This document shows, piece after piece, positions 9,845 to 21,592 of a stretch of 63,711 bases of DNA. Both the position numbers and the translations under genes were made by a program. The notes under the pieces were generated by a model that saw nothing but the letters and a program-made list of their open reading frames with translations, did not search any database and was not told the origin of the DNA. The stretch spans positions 1-63,711 of the forward strand of contig CALVOO010000001.1 of assembly GCA_944350305.1 (NCBI GenBank), read 5' to 3'. The stretch's first letter is position 1. The number at the start of each line of letters is the position of its first letter. This DNA comes from an uncultured Bacilli bacterium (lineage in GTDB: Bacteria; Bacillota_I; Bacilli_A; RF39; UBA660).

Positions 9845-11852
9845 TACCTACTTTCTCTATTAAATCATGAGTTATTAATGCCTTAGAAACATCTAATCTA
9901 GCTTCAGTATATTCCTTATATTTCTCAATATAATCACTTTCAATTGGCTCGTTAGTTAATAAAACATACTCATCTTTAAGACTATTATAAAAAACTTTAT
10001 TAGTTAAAAAGTTACCATTTGGAAATATAACTATTTTTTCATTATTTGAGAACACATCATTTCCAAGGGCATAATGTGTTTCAAATCCAAACATATTACC
10101 TACAGTAGGCAATACATCATACATTCCCATGACATCACTAATCTCTCCTGAAAGTGTTTTATCGCTAGTCCAAATTATAAACGGAGTGTTTTTCAAAAGC
10201 TCATACTCATAAGTTCCCATAGGAATATAAGTTGGATCCGTTACGTCTTTAATATCATCAATATTTGGATCATAATTATATAACAAATCAAATTGACCTT
10301 TGCCTAATTTTGCCTCATGATCTCCATAAATTATAAATACCGTATTTTCATCCAAATTATTTTCAAGTATCATATTGAAAAATTCTCCAAGCGCCTCATC
10401 AGCGTAGTGTGCACTTTTCAAATAATTACCCATACTAGTATTTTCTAGATAAGGAACAGTGACTTGTTCAATCATATTATTTCCATTTTCATCAAGTTCA
10501 TCTAATACTTTATCAAAAGTAATAGAAAAATCTAATTTCGGGTATTTTTCTAGATCATCAAAAGGTGAATGATTACTTAACGTTATAATAGTTCCCATAA
10601 ATTTTTCATTATTTTCTTTTATTTCTAATAACTTTTCAATAGACTGTCTAAAAAATGATTTATCAGATAAACCTAATCCAACATAATCATCTTGTGTCTT
10701 ATCATTAGAAAATTCATAACTATCTTCAGCATAAAAATGTTGATATCCTAAAGATTGATACATAGTTTTTCTATTCCAATAATCTCCATTATTACCATGC
10801 ATACTAAATGTGTAATACCCTAAATCATTAAATAAAGCAGGTAAAGCTTCATAAGTCCTGTCATAATAATTCAAAAAAACTGTACCACTGCTTGAAGGCA
10901 TTAATCCTGTCGTCAGTGTAAACTCAGAATCACTACTTGTCCCAACACTAATTTGTGGATAAAATTTTGAAAAGTAAAGCCCTTCTTTAGCAAGTTTATT
11001 CAAGTTTGGCGTTATTTCAATGCCATTAACTTCTAAATCAATGAGAAAATTTTGCATACTTTCAGCATGTATAAATATAACATTTTTATCTTTAAAAATA
11101 TCTGTATATTTATTATCAGATAAATCTTTATTTAAATTAGAATAAAATTCCCTATAAGTTCTAGCTGCTTCATCATATCCAAACATTGTATTAACTTTTG
11201 GTTCCAAACTTTGTATAACATCATTTATAGTATAAGTATAAATTCCAAACCTTTGAACAATATATTCTCTGTTCCATTGTTTTACAAACCTGCTTATTTC
11301 AGTACCACTTAATGTAACAATAACAATAGCTATAACAACTACACCACTTAACAATGTTTTTAAAAAGATTTTTTTATTATGAAAATACAAATTATTTTTT
11401 TTCTTTAATAAATGTTTATGAAAAAAAATAAATACTAATGGAGCAAATAAATATATAAAATGGTATAATTCTAACCTACTTGTGACAGAATCACTAACTT
11501 CACCTAGCATAGATAGTGTACCAATTAAATTAATATATATAAATGAGGTATAAAACATATAGTAAATGCTATTAATAATTGCCAATATAGAAAAAAATAA
11601 TATTACAGAAAATAAATAAATAAATTGATTTTTAGGTTTAAACAAATATGCAAATGATCCGACAATTATCACAACAGCCAAATCACACAAAAATGGCTTA
11701 AAAGACCAAACACTACCTACAGTATTCAATCTCAAAAAAAATCCAATTAAAACACCCAAAATCACATAAATTATAAATATAAGATTGCTAGAAAAATAGT
11801 TGAAAATTTTCTTTTTATATTTCCCTTTTAATTCATTAATTCTTTCTATCAT
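9819..11852 (-). CDS. ltaS: LTA synthase family protein (sulfatase-domain polyglycerolphosphate transferase)
   Basis: Five N-terminal TM segments plus a sulfatase domain (SVGTSSDSEF, MHGNNGDYWNR, IIYGDH). Start trimmed to ATG 11852, preceded by GGAAGG. Confidence 0.85.
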   Translation of the reverse strand: MIERINELKGKYKKKIFNYFSSNLIFIIYVILGVLIGFFLRLNTVGSVWSFKPFLCDLAVVIIVGSFAYLFKPKNQFIYLFSVILFFSILAIINSIYYMFYTSFIYINLIGTLSMLGEVSDSVTSRLELYHFIYLFAPLVFIFFHKHLLKKKNNLYFHNKKIFLKTLLSGVVVIAIVIVTLSGTEISRFVKQWNREYIVQRFGIYTYTINDVIQSLEPKVNTMFGYDEAARTYREFYSNLNKDLSDNKYTDIFKDKNVIFIHAESMQNFLIDLEVNGIEITPNLNKLAKEGLYFSKFYPQISVGTSSDSEFTLTTGLMPSSSGTVFLNYYDRTYEALPALFNDLGYYTFSMHGNNGDYWNRKTMYQSLGYQHFYAEDSYEFSNDKTQDDYVGLGLSDKSFFRQSIEKLLEIKENNEKFMGTIITLSNHSPFDDLEKYPKLDFSITFDKVLDELDENGNNMIEQVTVPYLENTSMGNYLKSAHYADEALGEFFNMILENNLDENTVFIIYGDHEAKLGKGQFDLLYNYDPNIDDIKDVTDPTYIPMGTYEYELLKNTPFIIWTSDKTLSGEISDVMGMYDVLPTVGNMFGFETHYALGNDVFSNNEKIVIFPNGNFLTNKVFYNSLKDEYVLLTNEPIESDYIEKYKEYTEARLDVSKALITHDLIEKVGNVFDENSN

Positions 11853-11904
11853 ATTTTTTCCTTCCAAAAGTATTATACCAAATTCAAAATAGATTATCAA
11901 ATTA

Positions 11905-11942
11905 TTATAAAAAATAAAGGTATCAAATAATTTAACCTTTAT
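11905..11942 (-). terminator. terminator after the yihY-like gene
   Basis: Minus strand reads AAAGGT-13 nt-ACCTTT followed by ATTTTTT. Confidence 0.5.
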
Positions 11943-12826
11943 TTTTTTGTTGCCTTAACTTTTTTTTGAATTTCATCTAATTTCATTGTATTAGTTTTTT
12001 CAATTCTCTCTTCAACATTTATATGATTAAAAGCTAGTCCAACCACAAACACATATGCCATAAAATAAAACCACATCATTAGTATAACAATACTCGAAAG
12101 TCCACCATAATAAGTGTTAAAATGTGCAAAGTTTCTAATATAATAAGAATATATAACAGTTATGAGAATCCAACAAATAGTAGTAAAAATTGTCCCTTTA
12201 TTTACATATTTACTAGGTATAACATCATCAGGCGCAATCGTATAAACTATCTTTATAAAAATAAACACAACTAAAAATGTTAATGGAATATTAAGAACCG
12301 GGTACAACACATTAAAAGCATTTATCAACAAATTATCCTCTTTTGTAAAATTAATTAAAATTCCTAAAATTGTTTCACCAAACAATGGAACAATTAATAT
12401 AAAAGTAAATAATAAAACCATTAATAACGTCATAATCATCGCTTTAATTCTTCTTTTAATATATCTTGAATTATTTAAATTGAAAATCGCATTTGAAGCA
12501 ATTATTATTGAATCAAAACCATTACTTGCTAAGAAAAAAGCTATACATAAAAATACAATATTTCCTATAGTAAAGCCTGTATTATCCAAGATAGGATAAA
12601 TAACATTTAAAACTTCTTTTGAAAAATTAACCTCTATAAAATTAGTAATTACACTTAAAGACAAATTAAATGAAGTAGCGACAAAGAATATAATTGTTAT
12701 TATTGGCACAACTGATAAAACAAAATAAAAAGCTAAATGCCCAGGTAAAATGAGCATTTCTTTTCTTTTCATAATATCAATCAAATTTTTAAAAAACACT
12801 TTTAGTTTTTCAAACATACTATTCAC
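11939..12826 (-). CDS. YihY/BrkB-family membrane protein
   Basis: LPGHLAFYFVLSVVPIITIIFF is a typical YihY signature. Six TM segments, 295 aa. Confidence 0.8.
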   Translation of the reverse strand: MNSMFEKLKVFFKNLIDIMKRKEMLILPGHLAFYFVLSVVPIITIIFFVATSFNLSLSVITNFIEVNFSKEVLNVIYPILDNTGFTIGNIVFLCIAFFLASNGFDSIIIASNAIFNLNNSRYIKRRIKAMIMTLLMVLLFTFILIVPLFGETILGILINFTKEDNLLINAFNVLYPVLNIPLTFLVVFIFIKIVYTIAPDDVIPSKYVNKGTIFTTICWILITVIYSYYIRNFAHFNTYYGGLSSIVILMMWFYFMAYVFVVGLAFNHINVEERIEKTNTMKLDEIQKKVKATKK

Positions 12827-14825
12827 CTTTGTTTTTTCTCATCATAATAAGTGCTTCATTTATAGCATCATCGATAGTTTTTATTTCATCTTCTATCATT
12901 GAATATCCAATTGCTGCACCATATGGTTTAGGTAAATTATTAAATTCCTTATTTAATTTATGCATATAAGTAGTTATTACTTTTTCCTCATAACCCACCA
13001 TGTAAATCAAAAATTCATTACCATCTGTTCTAATAATTTCAGAATTTTCTCTTTGAGTTTTAATCAAAATATTAGCAGCTGCTTTTATTTGATTATCACC
13101 TTCTTCGTGGCCATATGTATCATTAATTTCTTTTATTTTATTTAAATCAATTGTAACAATTGCCTGTGGATAAACTTTATTAGCTTCCCAATATTCAATA
13201 TTATCATTTAAGAAATTTCTATTTTTTAAATTAGTCATAACGTCCAAATACATAAGCTTATCTTCTTTTTTAATTTTCTTAGTAACCTTAATTTTTCTAT
13301 TTAATAAATAGAAAAATAAAGTAATTGCAAATACCAATATTAATATATATGTTATATTACTTAACACAAAATTTAATAATATATTAGCATTTTTTTCATT
13401 TATAGTATCATTCAACGCCTCTAATTTAGTTTCCTCAGAAGAAATCAATGTCATATAAAACTTAAATAAATTATTAAATATAGAATTATCCACATTCATT
13501 AGATAATTTGCAGCAACAGATGCTTCACCAAAAAACCTAACACCATAATCATTTAATTTATCATTTTTATAAAATTCATATGATTCTTTTTCCATTATAA
13601 TTAAATCATCATCAGATAAATCTTTAAATAATTCATCATAACTATCATATTTAACTAAAACAGCGCCATTTTGTTCTATATAATTACTCAAATTAGTTCC
13701 AGAAACAATCTTAACCTTAACATTTTTTAAAGAACTTAAAGATTTCGTAATAAAATTATTACTATTATGAGCTAACAAAACATACTTTGTATTTCCAAGC
13801 CCGACAGTAGGTTCATAATTAGAATTACTAATTGAATAATAATTATACACTAAATCTACTTTCTTTTTATTTAAAGCATTAACTAAATCATTAATATTTG
13901 AATACTTCACATATTTATAAGTAGCACCAGTAAATTCAGAAAATTTCTTTAAATATATATTCGATAAACCATTAAACTCTCTATTTATTTTACCTTCAAT
14001 AGGCAAATTCTTAATATAACCAACTATATAATCATCATTTACTATACTTTCTTTTTGAACATCACTTAATTCATTAGCATTATAATATATATCAATCAAA
14101 TTAGAATTAATACTTTTCTCTAGTTCTTCACTCCACCTATTTAAAAACTTTGTAAAAATATCATTCAATCTATCATCACTTTGAGGCATACTTAATGTAT
14201 AATAATAATTCAAACCATCTAAATGATATATAATATTTAAATCATCATAAATTATAGTATCAACATATCTATAAAGTGGAATAATCGCATAACTAACACC
14301 CTCATCAAATGAATTTTGCATTTCTTTTAAAGTAGAATAAGACTTATAATTTATTCCTGAATAATCTTTCATATATTCACTAACAACAGAAAGATCACTA
14401 GATAAAACAGCAACACTTTGATCTTTTAGCTCATTAATAGAAGAAAAAGTTGTTTTATCAGGAGACACTAAAACATAATGATCTTTATATAAAACTAAAT
14501 CATAGTCATTTAATTCATTTTTTAAGTTAAAAGAATAATTAGTATTTGTACTTACAACATTTAAAGATAAATTTGTATCAAGTTCAAAATCATTAACAAA
14601 GTCAATAAAAACACCTTTTCCAGACGAATTGAATACAGGTATGTCACTTGGTACATTTATATCAATAACATTATTTACATTAGAATTAATCCAATTTTTT
14701 TCTAAAAATGAATATTCATCTTCAGAATTAGCAAAAAATATTATTAAAAATACCAATAGAGCTACAACTACAAGTCCAACACCCGCAAGAATTAAATATT
14801 TCTTTTTAACAATTTGATTTTTCAT
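12819..14825 (-). CDS. membrane sensor: two extracytoplasmic solute-binding-like repeats, a TM segment and a degenerate GGDEF domain
   Basis: N-terminal TM, ~450 aa extracellular region, second TM (ILILVFAITLFFYLL). The C-terminal domain shows LKNRNFL...IDLNKIKEINDTYGHEEGD...RTDGNEF...AIGYS, a GGDEF fold whose signature reads DGNEF. Confidence 0.8.
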   Translation of the reverse strand: MKNQIVKKKYLILAGVGLVVVALLVFLIIFFANSEDEYSFLEKNWINSNVNNVIDINVPSDIPVFNSSGKGVFIDFVNDFELDTNLSLNVVSTNTNYSFNLKNELNDYDLVLYKDHYVLVSPDKTTFSSINELKDQSVAVLSSDLSVVSEYMKDYSGINYKSYSTLKEMQNSFDEGVSYAIIPLYRYVDTIIYDDLNIIYHLDGLNYYYTLSMPQSDDRLNDIFTKFLNRWSEELEKSINSNLIDIYYNANELSDVQKESIVNDDYIVGYIKNLPIEGKINREFNGLSNIYLKKFSEFTGATYKYVKYSNINDLVNALNKKKVDLVYNYYSISNSNYEPTVGLGNTKYVLLAHNSNNFITKSLSSLKNVKVKIVSGTNLSNYIEQNGAVLVKYDSYDELFKDLSDDDLIIMEKESYEFYKNDKLNDYGVRFFGEASVAANYLMNVDNSIFNNLFKFYMTLISSEETKLEALNDTINEKNANILLNFVLSNITYILILVFAITLFFYLLNRKIKVTKKIKKEDKLMYLDVMTNLKNRNFLNDNIEYWEANKVYPQAIVTIDLNKIKEINDTYGHEEGDNQIKAAANILIKTQRENSEIIRTDGNEFLIYMVGYEEKVITTYMHKLNKEFNNLPKPYGAAIGYSMIEDEIKTIDDAINEALIMMRKNKGE

Positions 14826-14835
14826 ATATTATCTC

Positions 14836-15306
14836 CTAATTAGTCCACACAACTTGGCTATTTTTTGCATTCTTATAACCCATTAATGGATAAATATCAC
14901 TTTCTTCTTCAGTAGTTTTAGCAGTGATTATAATTTGTATATCATAAAAACTTTTTTCTTCTTCACTGAACGCTTCTAAAGACTTAATTGCCAAACTTTG
15001 TGCATCCACAAGCGACAAATTCTCTTTTATATCAATATTAATATAAATAATTTTTCCTTTAACATTAACTACAACTTCATTAAAAGCAGCAATATCAGTA
15101 TATAATTCCGCAACTTTTTTATCTATATCATTTGAAATTTCAACATTTTCGATACCTTGCAATCTATCACCATATTCGTCTTTTCCATTTCCAGTATAAA
15201 AATACATAACCATTGAAACACCTATAACAATTAAACTTACAATAATTATAATTGCAAGAACTAATAGCACTTTGTTTTCAGATAATATACGTTTCACACT
15301 TGTCAC
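14836..15306 (-). CDS. hypothetical membrane-anchored protein
   Basis: One N-terminal TM segment and a ~115-aa external domain (EVVVNVKGKIIYINIDIKEN...), faintly reminiscent of YhcN/YlaJ-type domains. No firm motif. Confidence 0.5.
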   Translation of the reverse strand: MTSVKRILSENKVLLVLAIIIIVSLIVIGVSMVMYFYTGNGKDEYGDRLQGIENVEISNDIDKKVAELYTDIAAFNEVVVNVKGKIIYINIDIKENLSLVDAQSLAIKSLEAFSEEEKSFYDIQIIITAKTTEEESDIYPLMGYKNAKNSQVVWTN

Positions 15307-15347
15307 CTCTTTATAGATTATACTATATTTTATTATACTTTTCTAGT

Positions 15348-17318
<1,971 letters not shown>

Positions 17319-17366
17319 TTATATTCACCTATTTAATTATAAAACAATATTATCTCTTTTAAAATA

Positions 17367-19457
17367 CTAATATTCTTCAAAATCCTCAATTTTTTCAAGA
17401 CTTTTATGAGTTTTCATAATTTTAACTATTCCAATATTATGATTAAATGCAATAGACGCTATACTTCCATCTATCTGTACAACAACACCATAACCATACT
17501 TAACATGTTTCACTTTATCTCCAACTTTTAACTCAGAGTTTCTTTCTTCATCATACATATCATTACAAATAGTATTATTCACTATTATTTCATTACTCTC
17601 TAACAAATCAGGTGTTATTTCATTAACAAACCTACTAGGAGAATTAACATCAGTTCTTCCAAATAACGTCCTTCGTTTAGCATTTAATAAGTACAATTTT
17701 TCTTTAGCTCTAGTAATGCCAACATAACACAATCTTCTTTCTTCCTCAAGTTCGTCTTCATTATCAACTGACCTAAAATATGGAAAAACATTCTCCTCCA
17801 TACCAGTTAAAAAAACCACATCAAATTCAAGTCCTTTAGCAGAATGTAATGTCATAACATTAACACAGTCTTCAGTATCTTTATATTGCCCAAAATCACT
17901 GACTAGTGCAATATTTTCAAGAAATTCTTCTAAAGAATATATGCCCCTTTCTTCAAAAGCCAAAGCTATACTTTTAAATTCTTGCAAATTTTCAAGTCTA
18001 ATTTCACTATCAATCCCGCCTATACTCTCAAGCTCACTTTTCATTCCAGTATATTCTAATATTTTATCAATTAAATCAGATAAATTAACATTTTTTGATT
18101 CTTCCATTAATTTTAAAATTACATTTTTAAAATCAAGTGCAGTTCCATCTTCTATTGCCTCAAACATAGAAATACCTAATTCGTTTGCTTTTTCTCTAAT
18201 TTTTTCTATAGTTTTATTTCCAATTTTACGTTTTGGAACATTTATAATACGTTCTAAACTTTCATTATCTTTAGGATTATATATTAACGTTAAATAAGCA
18301 ATTAAATCTTTTATTTCTTTTCTATTATAAAAATAATAACTACCAACAACTTTATAAGGTATATTTTCTTTCAATAATGCTTCTTCAATAACACGACTTT
18401 GAGCATTAGTTCTATATAATATACCTATATCAGAATACTTTTTACCAGATAAAACTATTTTTTTTATTTCATCAACGACAGTTTTAGCTTCATCTATTTC
18501 ACTACAACATCTAATATATTTTATTTTTTCTCCAATATCTTTAGTACTAACAAGATTTTTTTCTTTTCTTTTAACGTTATGTTTGACCACACTATTTGCA
18601 GCATCCAATATATTTTTAGTACTTCTATAATTTTCTTCCAAGATGATTAACTTAGAGTCCTTATAATCTTTTTCAAAATTAAGTATATTTTCAAAATTTG
18701 CCCCACGCCAACCATATATACTTTGATCAATATCGCCAACCACAAAAATATTTTTATATTTACTTGCTAAAACCTTGCACAATTCATATTGAACAGTATT
18801 TGTATCTTGGTATTCATCAACCAAAATATATTTATAATGATTTTGATATTTTTCTAAAATCTCATTATTTTGTTTAAATAATTTTAACGGCAAAACCAGT
18901 AAATCGTCAAAATCAACAGAATTATTGCTTTTTAATACTGATACATATTTTGAATAAACCTTAATAACTGTTTCATCAATATAACCTTTCATAAATTTAC
19001 TATATTCTTCAGGACTCAAATTTTCATTTTTAGCAAAACTAATTTTATTAATAACATATTTAATAGGCACTAACTTAACATCAACATCTAGTTCCTTTAA
19101 TATCTTTTTGATAATACTATTCATATCTTCCCTATCAATAATTGAAATATTCCTATCAAAGCCCAAATCTTTATAATTCTCTCTTATTACTTTCAATCCA
19201 AAAGAGTGGAAAGTTCCAACGTAAATATTATCAGAAAAATCATCAAGTTTTATAGAAATTCTATCTTTCATTTCTTTTGCAGCTTTATTAGTAAATGTGA
19301 TAGCTAATATATTATAAGGTGATACACCTGTATCAATAAGTTTAATAATTCTTTCTGTCAAAACTTTTGTTTTACCACTACCTGCGCCAGCCAAAACTAA
19401 ACAAGGACCATCTTTAAAATTAACAGCTTCTTCTTGTTTTTCGTTTAATTTATTCAT
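17367..19457 (-). CDS. pcrA: ATP-dependent DNA helicase PcrA (UvrD family)
   Basis: LVLAGAGSGKTKVLTERI, VDEYQDTN, TLHSAKGLEF, VGITRAKEKL. The pcrA-ligA order matches Firmicutes. Confidence 0.95.
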   Translation of the reverse strand: MNKLNEKQEEAVNFKDGPCLVLAGAGSGKTKVLTERIIKLIDTGVSPYNILAITFTNKAAKEMKDRISIKLDDFSDNIYVGTFHSFGLKVIRENYKDLGFDRNISIIDREDMNSIIKKILKELDVDVKLVPIKYVINKISFAKNENLSPEEYSKFMKGYIDETVIKVYSKYVSVLKSNNSVDFDDLLVLPLKLFKQNNEILEKYQNHYKYILVDEYQDTNTVQYELCKVLASKYKNIFVVGDIDQSIYGWRGANFENILNFEKDYKDSKLIILEENYRSTKNILDAANSVVKHNVKRKEKNLVSTKDIGEKIKYIRCCSEIDEAKTVVDEIKKIVLSGKKYSDIGILYRTNAQSRVIEEALLKENIPYKVVGSYYFYNRKEIKDLIAYLTLIYNPKDNESLERIINVPKRKIGNKTIEKIREKANELGISMFEAIEDGTALDFKNVILKLMEESKNVNLSDLIDKILEYTGMKSELESIGGIDSEIRLENLQEFKSIALAFEERGIYSLEEFLENIALVSDFGQYKDTEDCVNVMTLHSAKGLEFDVVFLTGMEENVFPYFRSVDNEDELEEERRLCYVGITRAKEKLYLLNAKRRTLFGRTDVNSPSRFVNEITPDLLESNEIIVNNTICNDMYDEERNSELKVGDKVKHVKYGYGVVVQIDGSIASIAFNHNIGIVKIMKTHKSLEKIEDFEEY

Positions 19458-19471
19458 ATTATCACTTCTCT

Positions 19472-19927
19472 CTACATCAAAATTTTTATTGCTTTTTTTA
19501 ACAAATCTTCTAAATTATCAAAAGGAATATTCCCAGTATCCTTCTTATAAAGCCAATCTAAATAAATAATATCATCCGCATCATTTGGCCTACCATACAA
19601 AATCTTTTTCTTATTAATATAATAACCAAATTCAACATTTGTTGTAAGACCTAACATATATGGTTTTTTTCTAGGGATCCAGAAAACAATTAAATCGCAT
19701 TTTTCTAAAGCTTCTAAATCCCAATGTACTTCATCCATATAATCAACTTTGGCAACAAAATTTCTTTTTTCTGGAACTAAAACCGTTCCTCCAAAACCAT
19801 TTTCTAAAAGTATAGAAATTGCATCATTTTTCCAAGAAGTGGCATTATTATCTCTAGGTATGGGTCCAGCCAAAAAAACACTTTTACCAATTATATTAAT
19901 ATCTTCCATAGAATAAATTACGTTCAT
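19472..19927 (-). CDS. nucleoside 2-deoxyribosyltransferase-like domain protein
   Basis: SVFLAGPIPR...VLVPE...CDLIVFWIP...TNVEFGYY has the pattern of the NDT/Rcl-like fold (from memory). Start set at ATG 19927 after GGTGA. Confidence 0.55.
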   Translation of the reverse strand: MNVIYSMEDINIIGKSVFLAGPIPRDNNATSWKNDAISILLENGFGGTVLVPEKRNFVAKVDYMDEVHWDLEALEKCDLIVFWIPRKKPYMLGLTTNVEFGYYINKKKILYGRPNDADDIIYLDWLYKKDTGNIPFDNLEDLLKKAIKILM

Positions 19928-19952
19928 ATTATTCACCAAATAAATTATAACA

Positions 19953-19984
19953 AAAAGTCAAATCTTAATATAGACTTGACTTTT
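19953..19984 (-). terminator. divIC terminator hairpin
   Basis: AAAAGTCAAGTC / GATTTGACTTTT arms (11 of 12 paired) with an 8-nt loop, followed on the minus strand by a T-rich run and TGTTATAAT. Confidence 0.5.
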
Positions 19985-20270
19985 ATTTAATTTTTATTAT
20001 TATTTCACCATCTTTAGAATACAAATACTTTTCGCGCGCGTACCTAGCAACATATTCATCATCTTGCAGTTTAACAATTTCACTTTTTAATGTTTCTTCT
20101 TCCTCTAAAATCTCTCTATATAATAATTCCAACTCTTTTTTTTCTTTTATATTATTATAAATTTGAGACCAATAACTAAACATATTACTCATAAAAATAG
20201 TAAGCAATGGTATAAATATAATTATAAGCAAAGTTATTCGTCTTCTGTCCTTTTTAGTAACCTTTTTCAT
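19983..20270 (-). CDS. divIC: septum formation initiator (DivIC/FtsB family)
   Basis: 95 aa with one TM segment and a coiled coil (LELLYREILEEEETLKSEIVKLQDDEY). Lies after yabP-yabQ as in Bacillus. Confidence 0.7.
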   Translation of the reverse strand: MKKVTKKDRRRITLLIIIFIPLLTIFMSNMFSYWSQIYNNIKEKKELELLYREILEEEETLKSEIVKLQDDEYVARYAREKYLYSKDGEIIIKIK

Positions 20271-20342
20271 ACTTTAATCCATCCTATAACAAAGTATATC
20301 ATTTAAAAATTTATATCTCAACAATAAAAACAAAACTTTACA

Positions 20343-20645
20343 TTATTTTTTTTTATAAGATTGAACTTTTAAATATTTTCTCAAATACATATTATACTTA
20401 TTAAAAATTATAAAAGATGAAATAAAAATTATAAAAAAATAAATATGCAAAACGCCATTATTAATTTTAATTAAAAGTAAAAAATATAATAATAAAAAAT
20501 CTAAAGTAAATAAAAAATTAATTAAAATTTTATAAATAAATTTTGTTTTATAAAACAATTTATAAAAATATGAGTAAAAATACGAAAAAATAGAACCAAA
20601 AAAGAGAGAAAAAATGAATGATAATATCTGAACTTTTAAACTCAT
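20343..20645 (-). CDS. yabQ: spore cortex biosynthesis protein YabQ-like
   Basis: 100 aa with three hydrophobic segments. Overlaps the yabP stop by 4 nt. The call rests on position. Confidence 0.55.
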   Translation of the reverse strand: MSLKVQILSFIFSLFFGSIFSYFYSYFYKLFYKTKFIYKILINFLFTLDFLLLYFLLLIKINNGVLHIYFFIIFISSFIIFNKYNMYLRKYLKVQSYKKK

Positions 20646-20944
20646 TTGAACAACTTAGACAAAACACTTTCGGCTTTTAACTTTTTATTTCCCTCTTCCA
20701 AATAGTTCACGCTATTTATTTTACCTTTTATAGATAAAGTACCTTGAAAAGTATCTAATTTAATTAATTCCAATTCCTCACCTTTAATTAAAATATATCC
20801 TAAAACACTTTCTAAAAAAAATTCTTCATTATCAAAATTTTCTAGCTTTTTAACTCCAGTAATATATAAAGTTTTTCTTTCACCAATCTGTATTGAATGA
20901 TTAAAAGTGTTTTCAACGTCTTTAACTTTGTCCATTAATATCAC
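20642..20944 (-). CDS. yabP: sporulation protein YabP
   Basis: 100 aa; ...ERKTLYITGVKKLENFDNEEF...GEELELIKLD... matches the YabP family pattern and the conserved position. Confidence 0.8.
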   Translation of the reverse strand: MILMDKVKDVENTFNHSIQIGERKTLYITGVKKLENFDNEEFFLESVLGYILIKGEELELIKLDTFQGTLSIKGKINSVNYLEEGNKKLKAESVLSKLFK

Positions 20945-20981
20945 CTAATTAATAATATTAACTTATTAAAAATTATAGAAC

Positions 20982-21001
20982 AAAAAAAGCCCAAAAGGGC
21001 T
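20982..21001 (-). terminator. spoVG terminator
   Basis: Minus strand reads AGCCC-TTTT-GGGCT followed by TTTTTTT. Confidence 0.7.
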
Positions 21002-21014
21002 ACATAATCACTAT

Positions 21015-21302
21015 TTATTCTTCTGTTTCTTCTTCATTTGAAACATTTTCAGCATTTTCGTATGCATCTAAAATTTCTTTTTCAAACATACTACGTACTT
21101 CTTGACTAATTGGATGACAAATATCTCTATACCCGCCAGTACTTGTCTTTCTACTTGGCATAGCTATAAATAAACCTTTTGTTCCTTCAATGATTCTTAT
21201 ATCATGAACAGCGAACTCATCATCTAATAATACAGATGCAATTCCTTTCATTCTAGAATCTTCTTTTTCAATTTTACGTATTGTAACTGATGTTATTTTC
21301 AT
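21015..21302 (-). CDS. spoVG: septation/regulatory protein SpoVG
   Basis: MKITSVTIRKIEKEDSRMKGIASVLLDDEFAVHDIRIIEG..GLFIAMPSRK is near-canonical SpoVG. Confidence 0.95.
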   Translation of the reverse strand: MKITSVTIRKIEKEDSRMKGIASVLLDDEFAVHDIRIIEGTKGLFIAMPSRKTSTGGYRDICHPISQEVRSMFEKEILDAYENAENVSNEEETEE

Positions 21303-21331
21303 AGTTCCATTCCTCCTTGTAAACTACAATT

Positions 21332-21360
21332 ATTTTACAACAATATAAATTTAAAATCAA
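21332..21360 (-). promoter_or_regulatory. candidate sigma-A promoter of spoVG
   Basis: Minus strand has TTGATT (21360-21355), a 17-nt spacer and TAAAAT (21337-21332). Confidence 0.4.
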
Positions 21361-21382
21361 GACTTACTTACAATAGATAATT

Positions 21383-21592
21383 TCAGTTTACTATTATCAC
21401 GTTTTTAGTTAATAAATCAACATATGAAAAAGTTTTTAATTCTTTACCAGACTGTACAGTAAATACGTACGGATAAATGCCTTGAACTACACCAATAACA
21501 CTTTCATATCGATTTCTGCCAATGTTAATTTTTAATATTATTTCTTTACCTTTTAATTTTAAAATATTTAATTTAACTTTTTCAATATTCAT
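21383..21592 (-). CDS. veg: Veg protein
   Basis: 69 aa; ...GRNRYESVIGVVQGIYPYVFTV....FSYVDLLTKNV matches the Veg pattern. yabG-veg order as in Bacillus. Confidence 0.8.
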   Translation of the reverse strand: MNIEKVKLNILKLKGKEIILKINIGRNRYESVIGVVQGIYPYVFTVQSGKELKTFSYVDLLTKNVIIVN

